Assembly (NCBI GenBank): GCA_028534125.1
Contig: CM052817.1
Span: 86,802,001-86,866,000 of the forward strand
DNA length: 64,000 bases
Origin: Lama glama
Taxonomy: Eukaryota
Reading direction: 5' to 3'
This document shows, in pieces, positions 26,791-39,239 of this stretch. The notes under the pieces are model-generated. The model had not been told where the DNA came from, did no database searches, and was given only the letters and a program-made list of their open reading frames with translations. Numbering within the stretch: the first letter of the stretch is position 1; the number at the start of each line of letters is the position of its first letter. Made by a program: the position numbers and the translations under genes.

Positions 26791-27242
26791 TATCTAATTG
26801 GTTTTTATGTCAGCTGTAACAAATTATTACAGATTTGGGGGCTTTAAACAATACACATTTATTCTCTTACAGTTTTATACATTGTAAGTCTGAGACAGGT
26901 TTTACTGGACTGAAATCAAGTCATCAACAGGGCTGTACCCTTTGGAGTTCTAGAGAACCTGTTTCCTTGCCTTTCGTAGCTTCTGGGGTCGGCCGGTAGG
27001 ATCCTGCTTCAGTGGTCACATTGTCTTCTTCTGTTCTGTTACCAAATCTCCCTCTGCCTCCCTCCGGTAAATTCACTTATGATTACATTTGGAGACCACT
27101 GGGATAACCCAGGGATAATCTCCCCATCACAAGATCTGTACAGTCACATTTCTAAAGTCAGTTTTGCCCTGTAAGGTAACATTCACAGTTTCCAATGATT
27201 TGGACCTCAATATATTTGGGCGCCATTATTCACTATAATACA
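26791..27242 (-). mobile_element. MaLR LTR, MLT1D-like
   Basis: gctgtaacaaattattacagattt..tttattctcttacagtt..ggataacccagggataatctccccatc..tttgccctgtaaggtaacattcacag..ccattattcactataataca. Confidence 0.9.
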
Positions 27243-27299
27243 TCAATCTTAAATTATAATCTCATACTGCTTAGTACTTCTGTTCTTACAGCAAAACTT

Positions 27300-30200
27300 C
27301 CCATTCTTTCTAGAGCAAACAATAAAAAAGTATAACAAATAAAAAGAAAAAAAAAAAAGAAACCATTAAAGTAGAAAGAATGACAAAATTAGAAACTAAA
27401 ATTATTCAATTAAGCCTAGCAAAGGCAGAAAAGACGAAAAAAGAATTAAAGAACATAGGAAACAATTAGAAACTATGTAGGAAAAAAAAGATGGATTTTA
27501 AACACAGTAATTATATTGCATGTAAATATACTAAATACTCCAATTAAAAGACAGTAACTGTCAAAATTTTAAAAAAGGAATATATAACTACATGCTTCCC
27601 AATGATGCACTTTAAATACAAAGACATGGAAAGGTTAAAAGTCAAATTATGAAAAAGATAAAGCATGCAAATATAAACTCATAAAGTTAATGTGGATCCA
27701 TTAGCATCAGACAAATTAGACTTCAGGACCAGAAGTGTAACCAGAGGTAAAGAAGGTCACTTTATAAAGACAAAACAGCCAGTTGAATATTCTTAAATAT
27801 GTACTAAATATAAAGCATCAAAATTCATGAAAGCAAAATTAACATCACTAAAGTTAAAAAAGGATAAATCTACAATTATAGTGGAGTATTTAACATCTAT
27901 TTCTCAGTAACTGATAAGGAAGGTAGAAAAAATAAAATGACATAGAAGATCTGAATAACACAATATATTTATAGAACACTACACATTATAAGAAATATCA
28001 GACCATAAAACAAACTAAATAAATTTCAAAGTCTTAAAATCCTACAGGGTATCTATTATGATCCCAACAAACTTACACTAGAAATCAAGAAGATATCTAG
28101 TTATTTCCTCAAATATATGGAAAACCATTATACTCCTAAAAAGCCTATTAATTGAAAAATAAATAATAAGAGAAAATAAAAAATATCTCTAGCTAAATGA
28201 GAGCTAAAGTATAATACATAAAAAAATTAGGGATGAAACTAAATATGTGAATAGAGGGAAATGTATAGCTTTAAATGCTTATATTATAAAGAAAGAAAGG
28301 TTTAAAATCTATGAGCTAAGTTTTCAACTTAAGAAACTACAGGAGTAAATTAAAGAAGCTAGAAGATTATATTACAGAAGATATAAGTATAAATTAAACT
28401 TGTTTAGAAAAAAAAGTAACAGCAAAAAACAATGAAATAGAAAAAAACAAAAAATCAGTGACCGAAGTTAGTTCTTTAAAATGATTAAAATGGAATTGTC
28501 AGATATATAGCAAAACTAATCAAGGAAGAATTTTCAACTTCAGAAATAAAAATTATTACTAGATATTATTCCATAAATATAAAGTGTATGGTAACAAATA
28601 TTATGAATAAGGTTATGGCAATTAGAAGAAATTAGAGGGAAATTAGAAGAAATGCACAACTACTTGAAAAGTACAGCTTGCCAAAACTATCTGAAGAAGA
28701 AACAGAAACACTGAATACGCCTTTATCTTTTTTTAAAGGAACTTATAATTTAAAAATGTTCCAACAAGAATGCTCAGTTTTACTAGTAAAATCTTACAAA
28801 TATTTAAACAAACTTACTGATTAAAGAGAAGACTCTCTAAGTCAATTAATTCTTTTGTCAAAACCTGACAAAGAAATTACTTTAAACATTTTAGATCAAT
28901 ATCCTTCAAGGATTTAGATAAAAATTCTCAAGAAATATTAGTAAATTGAATATAGTGATAGATAAAAAAAACTTAATAGAACATGACTAAAGGAATTAAA
29001 CCTAGAAAGAAAAGGTTGGTTTAACATTTGAAGATCAACTCATATAAATCACCATATTAAAATATTAAAGGAAAAAAATGCATCATCTACACAAATGAAT
29101 AAGAAGTACTTGCCACCTGCCAAAATTAAATATGTTTTCTGGATAAAACCTCTCAGCAAATCAGAACTAGAAAATGACTTTCTCATCATTAACAGTGAAA
29201 TATTAAATGTTTATACCCTAAAAAAAAGTACAATTGTTACTTTAGCTTGTTCCTTGAAGGCCTTGCCTGTGTAAAATGACAAAAAAGATAGAGGGTTTAT
29301 GAAGATGGAAAAGAAGAAATCCAACTCTGTTTATTTGCAAATGACATGATTGTAAGGCATGAACATTAACATTAATGAAAAAATTAGTAGGAAGTGGATA
29401 GAGCTAGAAACGGAATATAAGGTCTATAAAATGGATCTTAGATGTAAAGGCTAAAACTAAAAATCTTTTAAAATAAAAGCTAGTAGAATATGTTCATAAG
29501 CCTGGCTCAGTAAAACATTTTTATTTACAGGACAAATTGAACTTATCTAAGAGGAAAAAGAAATTAATTGGACACCATTAGCATTAAAAATACCCTACAC
29601 ATGAAGATAGCCCATTAAGAAAATGAAAAAGAAAACCAATAACTGCAGAGGAAATATTCCGAATACATATCCCTAACAAAGAACTTTTTATAGAAAACAT
29701 AAAAAGAACTCTTATTAATAAATACTAAAGGGCAAACTTTATAGTTATAAAATGAGTAAACACTCTAGCAAACACTCCAAAAGAGATGTGTGACTGTCCC
29801 ACAAAGAAACAGAAATGTATTTAAAGCATTTACTTATCAAAAAAATGCAAACTAAAATCATAACGAGACTCTATGTCACACTCACTAGGACAGTGCAAAT
29901 AAAAAGACAACATCAGAACTAGGATGTGTAGTGACTGTAATTCCAACATACTACTGGTAGGTGTATAAAATGATTCAAGTACTAGAAAATCCTATTTATC
30001 AGTTACAAAGTAAAAATAAGCCTACCTGTGACTTTACAATTCCAGCTACCCAAAAGAAGTAAAAATATGTATACAATAACTGTTAATTTTATCTTTATTC
30101 ATTTAACCAAAAAACTGGGGGAAAATACAAAATGTCTACTAACAATTGAATGAATAAACAGACTGTGATAAATTTGTTTTCTCAAAAAGTAATCAACAAT

Positions 30201-30535
30201 CAAAGAAACTATTTATTAATTCATAAAACAAATGAATCAATATCAAAAACATATTGTTAAATATAAAAGCCAAAACAAGAGTACATACTGTATATTTTCG
30301 TTTGATGATATCCTAGATCAGTTAGTCTAATCTATAGAGCTAATAATCAGTAGAGTGCTTGTCTCTGTGTGGTGGGTAGAGTTTGACTGGAGAACATGGA
30401 CGAATTTTCTGGGATAACTGAAATGTTCAAAATCTTGATTTGGGTATTAGTTACATGAAAAATCTGATTTGGAAAATTTACTGAACTTCATATGATACAT
30501 ATTATTTTATGTAAATTTTATTTCAATTAGAAAGA
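27300..30535 (+). mobile_element. Old L1 (L1ME-type): decayed ORF2 through the 3' end
   Basis: Collinear ORF2 motifs (tgtaaatatactaaatactccaattaaaagacag; ggttggtttaacatttgaagatcaa; ttatttgcaaatgacatgattgt; aaatgcaaactaaaatcataacgaga), ending with a 3' UTR ttatgtaaattttatttcaatt. Many stops and deletions. Confidence 0.9.
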
Positions 30536-30549
30536 GTTGGAGAAAAAAA

Positions 30550-31516
30550 AGAACTGTCAAAAAATGAAATGAATACTTACCATATGACTCAGCAATTCCA
30601 TTTTTAGGAGCTTCTTGTGTGAATTAGAAACTTATGTTGACACAAAATCTGTACACAAAAGTTTACACCAGCTTTATTTATAACAAGTAAAACCTGGAGA
30701 CAACCCAAATATCCTTCAACAGATGAATGGATAAACAAACTGGATAACATTCATACTATTGAATGCTACTCAGCAATACAAGAAGAATAAACTATTGATT
30801 TATGCAACAAGGTGAATAAATCTTAAGTGCATTTTGTTAAGTGAAAGAAGTCAGCTCCCGAAGGCTACATATTGTATGATTTCATTTATACGATATTCGG
30901 GAATAAGCAAAGCAACAGGAGTAGGAAATAGATCAATGCCTGTCAGGAAGAGGGGTAGAAGGAGAAGCTATCTACAAAGGGGCAGCATTTGGGGATGATA
31001 GAATTGTTTTGTATTGTACTTGTGGTAGATACATGACTATGCTTTTGTCAAAACCCACAGAACTCTACCGACAGTGAATTTTCCTACACGCACATTTAAA
31101 ATTGACAACAACAGAAGCCGTGGTATCAGGGATCCCACAATGGAATGCAAACTATATAAGAATGAATCCAATCATATTAAAAATAAATGATACAACCAAA
31201 TTGAAGGAAGTGAGTAAAAAAGCTGATGTCTGTACTTTGGAAAACAGTGTTCTGAATGGACAGTGCAAAGATAAAGACAAAGAGAACTGTATAACAACAC
31301 TGCACACTAGGTAGTAAATTTCTTTCATGTAGAGCTTTGAGTCAGCAATTCTGAAACTACACGTATATTAGGGTTGCAGAAATAAGTAAATACACTGTAG
31401 ATAATAAGAGCAAATTTTCTTACTGTTGGAGAAACAAGTTTCAAAAAAAGGAAAGGGGACTGACAGAATGAACCCTATGGTGCTGCAGTGTAGCCAAATA
31501 TCAGCTCGAACTCAAG

Positions 31517-31554
<38 letters not shown>

Positions 31555-32835
31555 CACATATTATTCTTGCGTATGTGATATATATTGTATATTATATATT
31601 TTATATATGCACACACATGCAGATTGGTACAGAAATAAATGTGGAAATCTATGTATACATAGGTTAGTACATGTACATATGCTTCCTAGCTCTGTTTACT
31701 GAGTAGGCCCAGAAGTGATGATGCCCCAATAATAAAGAGTATATCTGGCACCAAAATCACAATTTCTGGACAGTCTCCAATACCATGAACAAAGGATCCT
31801 TGGGAAAATAGTTGACATTTCTTCCAAGACTGGGGAAGATGAGTGTGGAGCAACTTGTGTGAGATGATAAAGAAGTGTTAACAACAACAAGATGGCAGCA
31901 CGTCAAAAGGAGCCCACAAGAAACAGATGGAAAGTGCCCCCCGGTGTGAAGCCCAAACAATTTGAAAAGCAAAGTAAATGATGATAGTATTGGTTTCAGA
32001 GTAAAGAATAAAATAAACATCCATGAGTTCATATACTGATATAAATAACTGATTGAAAAAGTAAATACATGGGTGAGAAGGACAACTCTCCAATTTAGAA
32101 GTGTGGAATGAATGAGGAAATAGACAATCACTATTAGAGTAAGACAGTCATTTGCAAGATGCACTGATGAATGGTAAAATAAGTGGCTGTAAGGTTGAGG
32201 CAAAGCAGACTACTGACATAGTGTCAATGTTAACTCTCCATAATATTTATTAATTACAAATAAGGGGGGGACTTACAGTATAGAAACCTGGCAGATATCA
32301 CCTCATTCAGGTGATCAAGATGAACATCACAAGAAGAAAGCTACAATAATACAGTGTTCCCTTGGATATGATGTAAAGGGCAATTCTCCCCTGCGGTATT
32401 CTTCCCCCAAATTCACCACCTCAGTTGAGTAAGAAAATTGTAAGACAACCAAAGCTGCAGGACGTTCTACAAAATTCTACAGAACTCCTGACTAGCAATC
32501 TTTAATTTCCAAGTCATGAAAGACAAGAAAAACTAAGAAACCATCACAGATTGGAAGTCTAAAGAATAGAGAAAACTGAACATAATTATGTAGGCCCTGA
32601 ATTGAATCATGGAATAAGAAAAAATTTGTATTAGTGGAAAAACTGATGAAATCCACATAAAGTCTACAGTTTAGTTAATAATATACCAATGCCAATCTCT
32701 TAGTTCTGGCAAATGTGCCCTGGTTACACAAGATGTTAATATTAGGACAAACTGAATTAAAAGTATGCAAGAATTCTCTATATTATCTTCGGTGCTCTTG
32801 TGAATCTAAAATTATTTCAAAATTAAAGTTAAAAT
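30550..32835 (+). mobile_element. L1MC-type 3' end with long 3' UTR
   Basis: ccatatgactcagcaattcc..caacccaaatatccttcaacagatgaatggataaacaaactgg..agaaacctggcagatatcacct..ctaaaattatttcaaaattaaagtt. Confidence 0.9.
31521..31552. repeat. (GT)16 microsatellite inside L1 3' UTR
   Basis: Read directly. Confidence 0.97.
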
Positions 32836-33079
32836 ATTAAATTAGAATTTTTGAGTCTTTGTGTACATTTCAGAAAAGTGAAAAGGCTATGGGGATTATC
32901 TACTCTTCCAAAATTTTCTTACGTTATCTTGCAAGGTAGGCTGTGGCTGGCACATATGTGAGAGATCCCATTTTAATAAAAAATTCAATTAGAATTAAAA
33001 AATGGATATTAAAAGACTGGCCCTCTACTACTAACCTACATTCTCACTTCCCAGTCATTGTTCGATCTCTTTAAATGCT

Positions 33080-33270
33080 TTCACAGCTTTATTGAGTATA
33101 ATTGGTACGTAATAAATTGCATGTAATTAACATACAATGTTTGTTAAATACTGATACTTGTACAAACATAAGGAATCATCACCGTAATCAAGAAAGTGAA
33201 CATATGCATCATCTCCAAACATTTCTTCACATCTCTTAGTAATGTTTTTGCTCGTAGATTCCCCTCTGCT
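33080..33270 (-). mobile_element. L1M 3' terminal fragment
   Basis: acagctttattgagtataattg..aatcatcaccgtaatcaaga..catcatctccaaacatttcttc. Confidence 0.8.
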
Positions 33271-33309
33271 TATAACATTCAAATCCTGGTTTTGACTGAC
33301 TAGATCCTA

Positions 33310-33555
33310 GACCTTAAGGTCTCACCTTGAGTTCCCTCATTCAAAAAGCTTTCCTTGATTAGTCTCACTCCACAGTCGGATTTCTGTATATCCTAATTTC
33401 ACTTAACTTACTACATTACATCATAACTATGTGTCTGTGGCAATTGCTCCCAGATTAGAAGGTGATATTGATGGTGGAAGAAATTTTGTTTCACCACTGG
33501 ATCCATAGACCTTAATACAGATTAGCTGCTAAACAGACATTCACCAAATTATATA
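33310..33555 (+). mobile_element. L2 3' fragment
   Basis: aaaagctttccttgattag..ttgtttcaccactggatccatagaccttaatacag. Confidence 0.55.
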
Positions 33556-34314
33556 ATTCCATGTTTTTGTACCCTTTGCAGAAGCACACCCTATGCTTCT
33601 AACTGTTAAAATATTTCATTTCAGACAATATTATTGGACAAATGAAATCACCATGCTTGTTACGACTCAAGAGGTCTATGAAATAACATGATTGTCTTTT
33701 TAAATTAAAAGCCACTGATGTGTGTATTTAATTATTTTGGTTAATCAAAACATTCTTGAAACGTTCCTAAAAATGTGACTGTTATGAGTTCAGTGCCTCT
33801 ACTATTCCAAAACTCTCTTAATTTGAGGCAATAATGACTTCCAAATACAGTTTGTGTGTTTATTTTCTTTGTTGCATATGGTTGCTTTATAGTATAATTG
33901 TATGTTCTCCATCAATGTTTAAGAACTTTACATATAAATTTATATGAGATTATATATTATATTTTGGTACATCTCATGATCAGAACTATAGTAAATCAAC
34001 AATTACAGCAATGAAAGTTATTTGGTATAAGTATATCCAAGGCACTCTGTTATGCAGTATCTCAACTAATTTTTTTCAAAAACCTATTAATTAGGCTTTA
34101 TTACTCCCTTTTACTGATAAACTGAAACTCAGAAAAGAAAATCATGAGGAGTCGAAATGGTTACCTTGTGAAAATATCTTTTAAACTATGGACTAACTTA
34201 AGTCATTTTAACTCCTACTCACCTCACCAAGTTAGCATCTCTACACAGTGCAACATCTACCAGGCACAGGGGCCAGACTATTTGAGTTACATCATATAAT
34301 AAAGCAGTTCGAAA

Positions 34315-34500
34315 ACAGTAACTTACACATTTGCAGCCGTTTACAATTTTCAATATACTCTGACAAACATTACCACTTCAAAACCCTGAAGTAGTTAAGG
34401 CAGACTTATGTCTCTGCTGTGCAGTTAAGGAAACAGCAGTTCAGTGACTTGAAATGACTAGCCAAGGTCACAAGTCAACCTACTCCTGAACCTGGAACAG
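34315..34500 (-). mobile_element. MIR-family fragment
   Basis: gcagttaaggaaacagcagttcagtgacttgaaatgactagccaaggtcaca core. Confidence 0.7.
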
Positions 34501-36122
34501 TGGGAATTCTTCCTCTGGTATTCCTGTTTCCTCTGTTTCCTTCCTGTTTCCTTCTTGTTTCCTCCTCAATGTTTACTCTGGCCTCATGGCATTTACACTC
34601 ACGTTTCCACGGCCCTAAATTCTTTCATTCCGTATATTTTAATAGCACATTTCCTTTCCTCATTATAATCTGGTCTTCAAGACCCCCCTTCCAAAATATT
34701 TACTCATTTTTTCAACCCCCAAAATCTTACTATTTATAGAAGTTTTTGTCATAGAAGTTTTTGCCTATAAATCATAATTCACAATAGAATAGGATTGAAC
34801 CCTGGAGCCTGAAACAATACCTGGTAAAATCTATCTTTATATAAAAGAATCAGTAATTACAGTAATGAATCATTTTTCTTCAAATTTATTGACCATTACA
34901 TGTAGGTTTAGTTTTAACTGAAGAAACAATTTAAGAATATGTTGAATGATTTCTGCATTTTACATTATTGTGGTACACTTTGATTATATATACACCAAGA
35001 CTTTGTGATTATATATTAAAATAAACTAGTCGCTCATTCAGTAATTAATTAATGATTTCAGTGTGATAGTAAAGTACTGGCTGTTACTGTCATTAAGAAA
35101 TGTTAATACATTTAATTCTGGTTTTTAACCCCAAAAATATATAGTGCTTATTTTTACTTTTTATAAATTAAACAGTTAATAATATCTATTAAAATTTGAA
35201 TTCCCTAAAATCACTTAAGTATGTAATTTTTAAAATGTGTTGCAATGTCAATATGTCAACCTTGAAAAGTTAAACCATAATACTAATATCAACATTAGCA
35301 TAATCTAGTTATTTCATTAATTTTGTCTATTCATCAGTTGATGGACTTTGAGCTATACATGGTTTATAGCAGTGACTGACAGTCAAATATTAGCTATTTC
35401 TCTTCAGAATTATGTGCCTTAATAATTCTTTACGAATTTTGATGAGACTTCTTTAGATATTTTATGTTGTATCATTTTTAGATTGAAAACTTCATTAGAA
35501 TGTCCTCTGGCATTTCGGCTAGAAGTAAATTACATACAGACTCCTAAAAAATAACTACACTGCTCTGCAAATCAACTGATCGTGACAAATTAATACCACC
35601 ATTAAATCTTATAATACAACACAAATTTGGGTTAGGCTGAAAAAATATTCAAGTTTCATTTGATACTCTTTTTAAAATATTTAAGAGTTTCATTTGAAAT
35701 ATTAATTGTATAGTTTTTATAGTTTCAAAAGGCAAATCCAAGAGAGCTAAGTAGTCTGTTGCACAATTTCTAATTACAAGGAAAGGATTATTTTAATCAT
35801 CATGAATTTTAGTCCTTCGAAAGAAGTACAGTTTATAATACTTCTGATAACATAATAGACATACAAAGTATTTTTATAATTATCATGTTATTTATATTTT
35901 TATTTGCATACCTATATTGCTAAATGGCAAAGTTTTAATATGGAAACTAATTCACAATTTACAAGTCTCATATTAAAAAATGATTGCTTTGGAAAAGAAC
36001 AGAGGTAATAAAATTTAGTAAGATGGAAATTCAAATAAAATAAATGCTAATTTTATTTCATTTTTTACTTTCTTTGATTTAGCACTTAAACAGTGTGGGC
36101 TTCTGTTTCACTCTCTGCATGT

Positions 36123-36257
36123 AGAAGGTGACTCTATGTTCAGGTCTGCCCACGGTAGTTACAGCTTATGATTGTTGCCGTGGTCTGATCGTTCCTCATA
36201 CTCCCACTCACTTTCAAAACTGTCTTAGTAACGACAACAAATTCTACGATCATACTA
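36123..36257 (-). mobile_element. MER94-like (hAT-Blackjack) non-autonomous DNA transposon
   Basis: About 134 bp; aggtgactctatgttcaggtctgccc..tcactttcaaaactgtcttagt..gacaacaaattctacgatcatacta is collinear with the reverse of the recalled MER94 consensus. Confidence 0.7.
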
Positions 36258-36514
36258 TACTTTGGGAAAACTATGGTGTTGCAGGAAATGTTAATTGATA
36301 TAAATGATCTCAATTTTCTTAATAATGATAAAAATTAGGTCATTTGCTTACTTAGAGATATATTCTATCTGTTATTTACTAAATTAAATATTGTGGAACA
36401 CAGATACACAATCATAATTAATGTGAGTATTGTAAATACTGCAATGTGAATATAGTCAAGATTGTATTCATGTAGATTTAAGTTATATAAACATTTAATA
36501 AATTTTAATTTGTA

Positions 36515-36628
36515 TGTTTTTCTTTTTCTATTTTTATTTGTGGTAAAATATACATAGCATAATTTATCATCTTAGCCAGTTTTAGGTGTACAGTTCAGTA
36601 ATGTTAAGTATATTTACATTATTGTGCT
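36515..36628 (-). mobile_element. L1MB-type extreme 3' fragment
   Basis: A T-rich tail followed by tgtggtaaaatatacatagcataatttatcatcttagccagttttaggtgtacagttcagt. Confidence 0.85.
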
Positions 36629-37139
36629 TAATTTACATTTAAAGAATGTACAAGTAATGAATCAATGCACCCTAAAAATCATAACCAAACAGAACTTAAA
36701 CAGAATTACAAAATAGGTAAAGGGTGGTCCTTGGGTACTACAGACAAACAAGACCTTCTGAGACACAGAAATCCAACAAGCCTGGCACTGTGCCTGGAAC
36801 CTGATCAAGTAATAATTATCTATGTATCTGTACTTGGATCAGAATGGTTAAGTAGTTTGGTTGTAGTCATACAGTGGATAAAATTAAAATTGACCTAGTG
36901 TGTTCTGATTCTAAAGACCTGATATTTTTATTACCTATGTTAGCTTTTAGTCAGGAAACATGCATCAATAAAGGAACATAATTTTTGAGAAACACATATC
37001 AAATTTTTCTGTGAGAGACCTGGGCCACAAAAGACAGTTACATCCATAACTAAGTCTCTGTAAACAAATGTTTTCAGAATTGACTGCCTTTTTTGTTTCA
37101 TATAATAACTAAAGGTGCTATTTTTAAAGCACATAATAT

Positions 37140-37345
37140 ATAGAGTCCAACTCTTTGAATTCATGTTCTCTATTTGAAGGCAACTAGCTATGTGGACTTA
37201 AGGTAAGCAAGCCCCTGAATTCTTACAGCCTCAGTTCCCCCGCCTGAGTAGTCAGTCACTCTTCACTTGGAAACGGAGATATGAAGACAACAATAATACT
37301 TATCAAAAACTTATGAGACTCAAACCCCTTTTCATGATAAAGTTC
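37140..37345 (+). mobile_element. MIR
   Basis: actagctatgtggacttaaggtaagcaagcccctgaattcttacagcctcagttccc. Confidence 0.6.
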
Positions 37346-37354
37346 TTTGTAGTT

Positions 37355-37595
37355 TATTAACAGATCTTTGGAATCACACTAGCTAGGTTCAAAATTCAGT
37401 TCAAATACTTTTAAGTTCATTAATTCTAGCATAATGCTCAACTTAGTGCTTTAGAGTCCTCGCTTGTAAAAATGGAAATAATTATAACACTTATGCTGTA
37501 AGGTTATTGTGAGGATTAGATGAATTACGTATAAGGTATTTAGAACAATGTCTGCATATAATTAGTGCTCAAGGTGCATGAGCCTTTATTGTGAT
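37355..37595 (+). mobile_element. MIR
   Basis: ctttggaatcacactagctaggttcaaa..tgtaaaaatggaaataatta..ggttattgtgaggattagatga..ttagaacaatgtctgcatataattagtgctcaa. Confidence 0.88.
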
Positions 37596-37644
37596 AACTT
37601 TCTTTCATTTTTCTAGTTACAATAATGTCAGCCTCAATTAAAAA

Positions 37645-39237
37645 TTCAGTGTTCACTCATCCTTCTCCCTAGTTCATTAAGCATCTTTATGACCATTACT
37701 TTGAACTTTTTATCAGGTAAATCACTTATCTCCATTTTATTACAGTTTTTTTCCTGAGGCTTTACTTTATCTTGTTCTTTCAATTGGAACGTATTTCTCT
37801 CTCTCCTTTTTTTATTTTTAATTTTACTTGACTTTTTATGTTAGTTTCTGCATAGCAGATAAGCCTTATGTACGTGAACCTTTGAGGATTAGCCCTGCAC
37901 CAGCCCTTGGTTGGCTCTCACACTTGTCCAAGCAGCTGACTATATTTTTATCTCCTAGTAGTTGAGCTGCTAGTGTCCCAAAAGCGAGATTCTCAGCACC
38001 TAGATTCAGCGAACTGGAAGCCAGACCCTCAGGAAACAGCTCTTAAAAGTATGCAAAAGAAAATCTCCAACTCCCAGTTTATCCCTTTCTACCTCCTTGC
38101 CCTTCTAGTAACCACAAGTTCGTTTTCTATGTCTGTGAGTCTGTTTCTATTTTGAAAATAAGTTCTTTTGTATCTTTTTTTTAAGATTCTGCATATAAAT
38201 GATATTATAAGGTATTTTTCTTTCTTTTTCTGAGTTACCTCACTCAGAATGATGACCTGGGAGTTCGAGATTTGCAGATAATAACTATTGTACATAAAAC
38301 AGATAAACAATAAGTTTATCCTGTATAGCACAGGGAACTATATTCAATATCTTGTAGTAATCTATAATGAAAAAGAATATGAAAAGGAATATATGTTTGT
38401 ATATGTACAACTGAAACACTGTGCTGTACACCAGAAACTGACAGAACATTGTAAACTGACTATACTTCAATGAAAAAAAAATATGCAAAAGTATTCAGTC
38501 CTGAGGGGCCACAAAAGTAAGCCCATTGGTCACCAGAGCCAATCGGGAGGTGTCCCCTGAAAGGCAATCACAGAAATTGGGCCTTCAGATGAAGTGCATG
38601 AGCCCCTTTCTGGGAGATACCAGTAAGCTGAAGCAAGGCGGAAGGAGAGCACCAAGACGGTGTCCATAGCCTATGACCTGTAAAAGCAGCTCCACGAGCC
38701 ACTAAATGTGCGCCAAACCTAAAGCCTGCCCCTCAGATCACAGCTCCAGGACAAGCAAAGAGGCCTCCTTTACAGAAGACTGGGAGGTATGCCTCAGTCT
38801 GCTGTCTGCATGGAGCCCTAAGGGTGGTAGCCTGCCAAGAATTATCTCTCCAGTTGACATAGTCCCATGGGATCCAGGGATGCAAGACCCTCTGGCCACC
38901 AGGCTGGTCAAGGGGTGTCCTTTGGGTGTCAGCCCTCCAAAACGAGCACCGGACCATTTAAAGCTTCCCTCCAGCAGACACTGGCTCTCTAGAGTGTGGC
39001 AAATATGAGTAAGTATGACAGCACCTGCTAAGGTCTCTGGCAAGGATTACAGTCAGCCCCTAGATGCATGGTTAATTACGTCTGCCTTTCAGGCCACAGG
39101 CATGATGATTAGCTAATAGGTCTCCTTCACAGTAAGACCAAGCCCCTGTGTCTGTTGCATGTTTCTGTGTCCTGGGAGTGGTAGCTGCTTAAGAACTCTT
39201 TCTCCGTTGATTATAATCCTATGGGACCCACCAGCAC
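37645..39237 (-). mobile_element. Older L1 5' UTR plus ORF1 start (antisense), interrupted by a younger L1
   Basis: 37650-37850 is antisense L1 ORF1-type sequence (ttcattaagcatctttatgaccattactttgaac). 38492-39237 is GC-richer 5' UTR-type sequence with repeated monomers. Confidence 0.75.
38060..38481 (+). mobile_element. Short 5'-inverted L1 3' end (inverted 38060-~38257, sense ~38257-38481) with 15-bp TSD
   Basis: An antisense L1 3' segment joins directly to a sense 3' UTR and A tail. Flanks are aaaagtatgcaaaag (38045-38059) and aaaaatatgcaaaag (38477-38491), and the left copy is preceded by TT (TT/AAAA endonuclease site). Confidence 0.93.
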
Positions 39238-39239
39238 GG

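Noticed and set aside
31757..32203. Longest ORF in the window (148 aa, minus)
   Set aside because: It lies antisense within an L1MC 3' UTR, has a non-ATG start and shows no recognisable domain.
36120..36260. Local CpG enrichment suggesting a regulatory island
   Set aside because: It coincides with a MER94-like transposon whose consensus is CpG-rich.
38706..39043. Overlapping ~100-aa ORFs on both strands
   Set aside because: They lie inside the GC-richer L1 5' UTR monomers, where stops are rarer, and resemble no protein I know.
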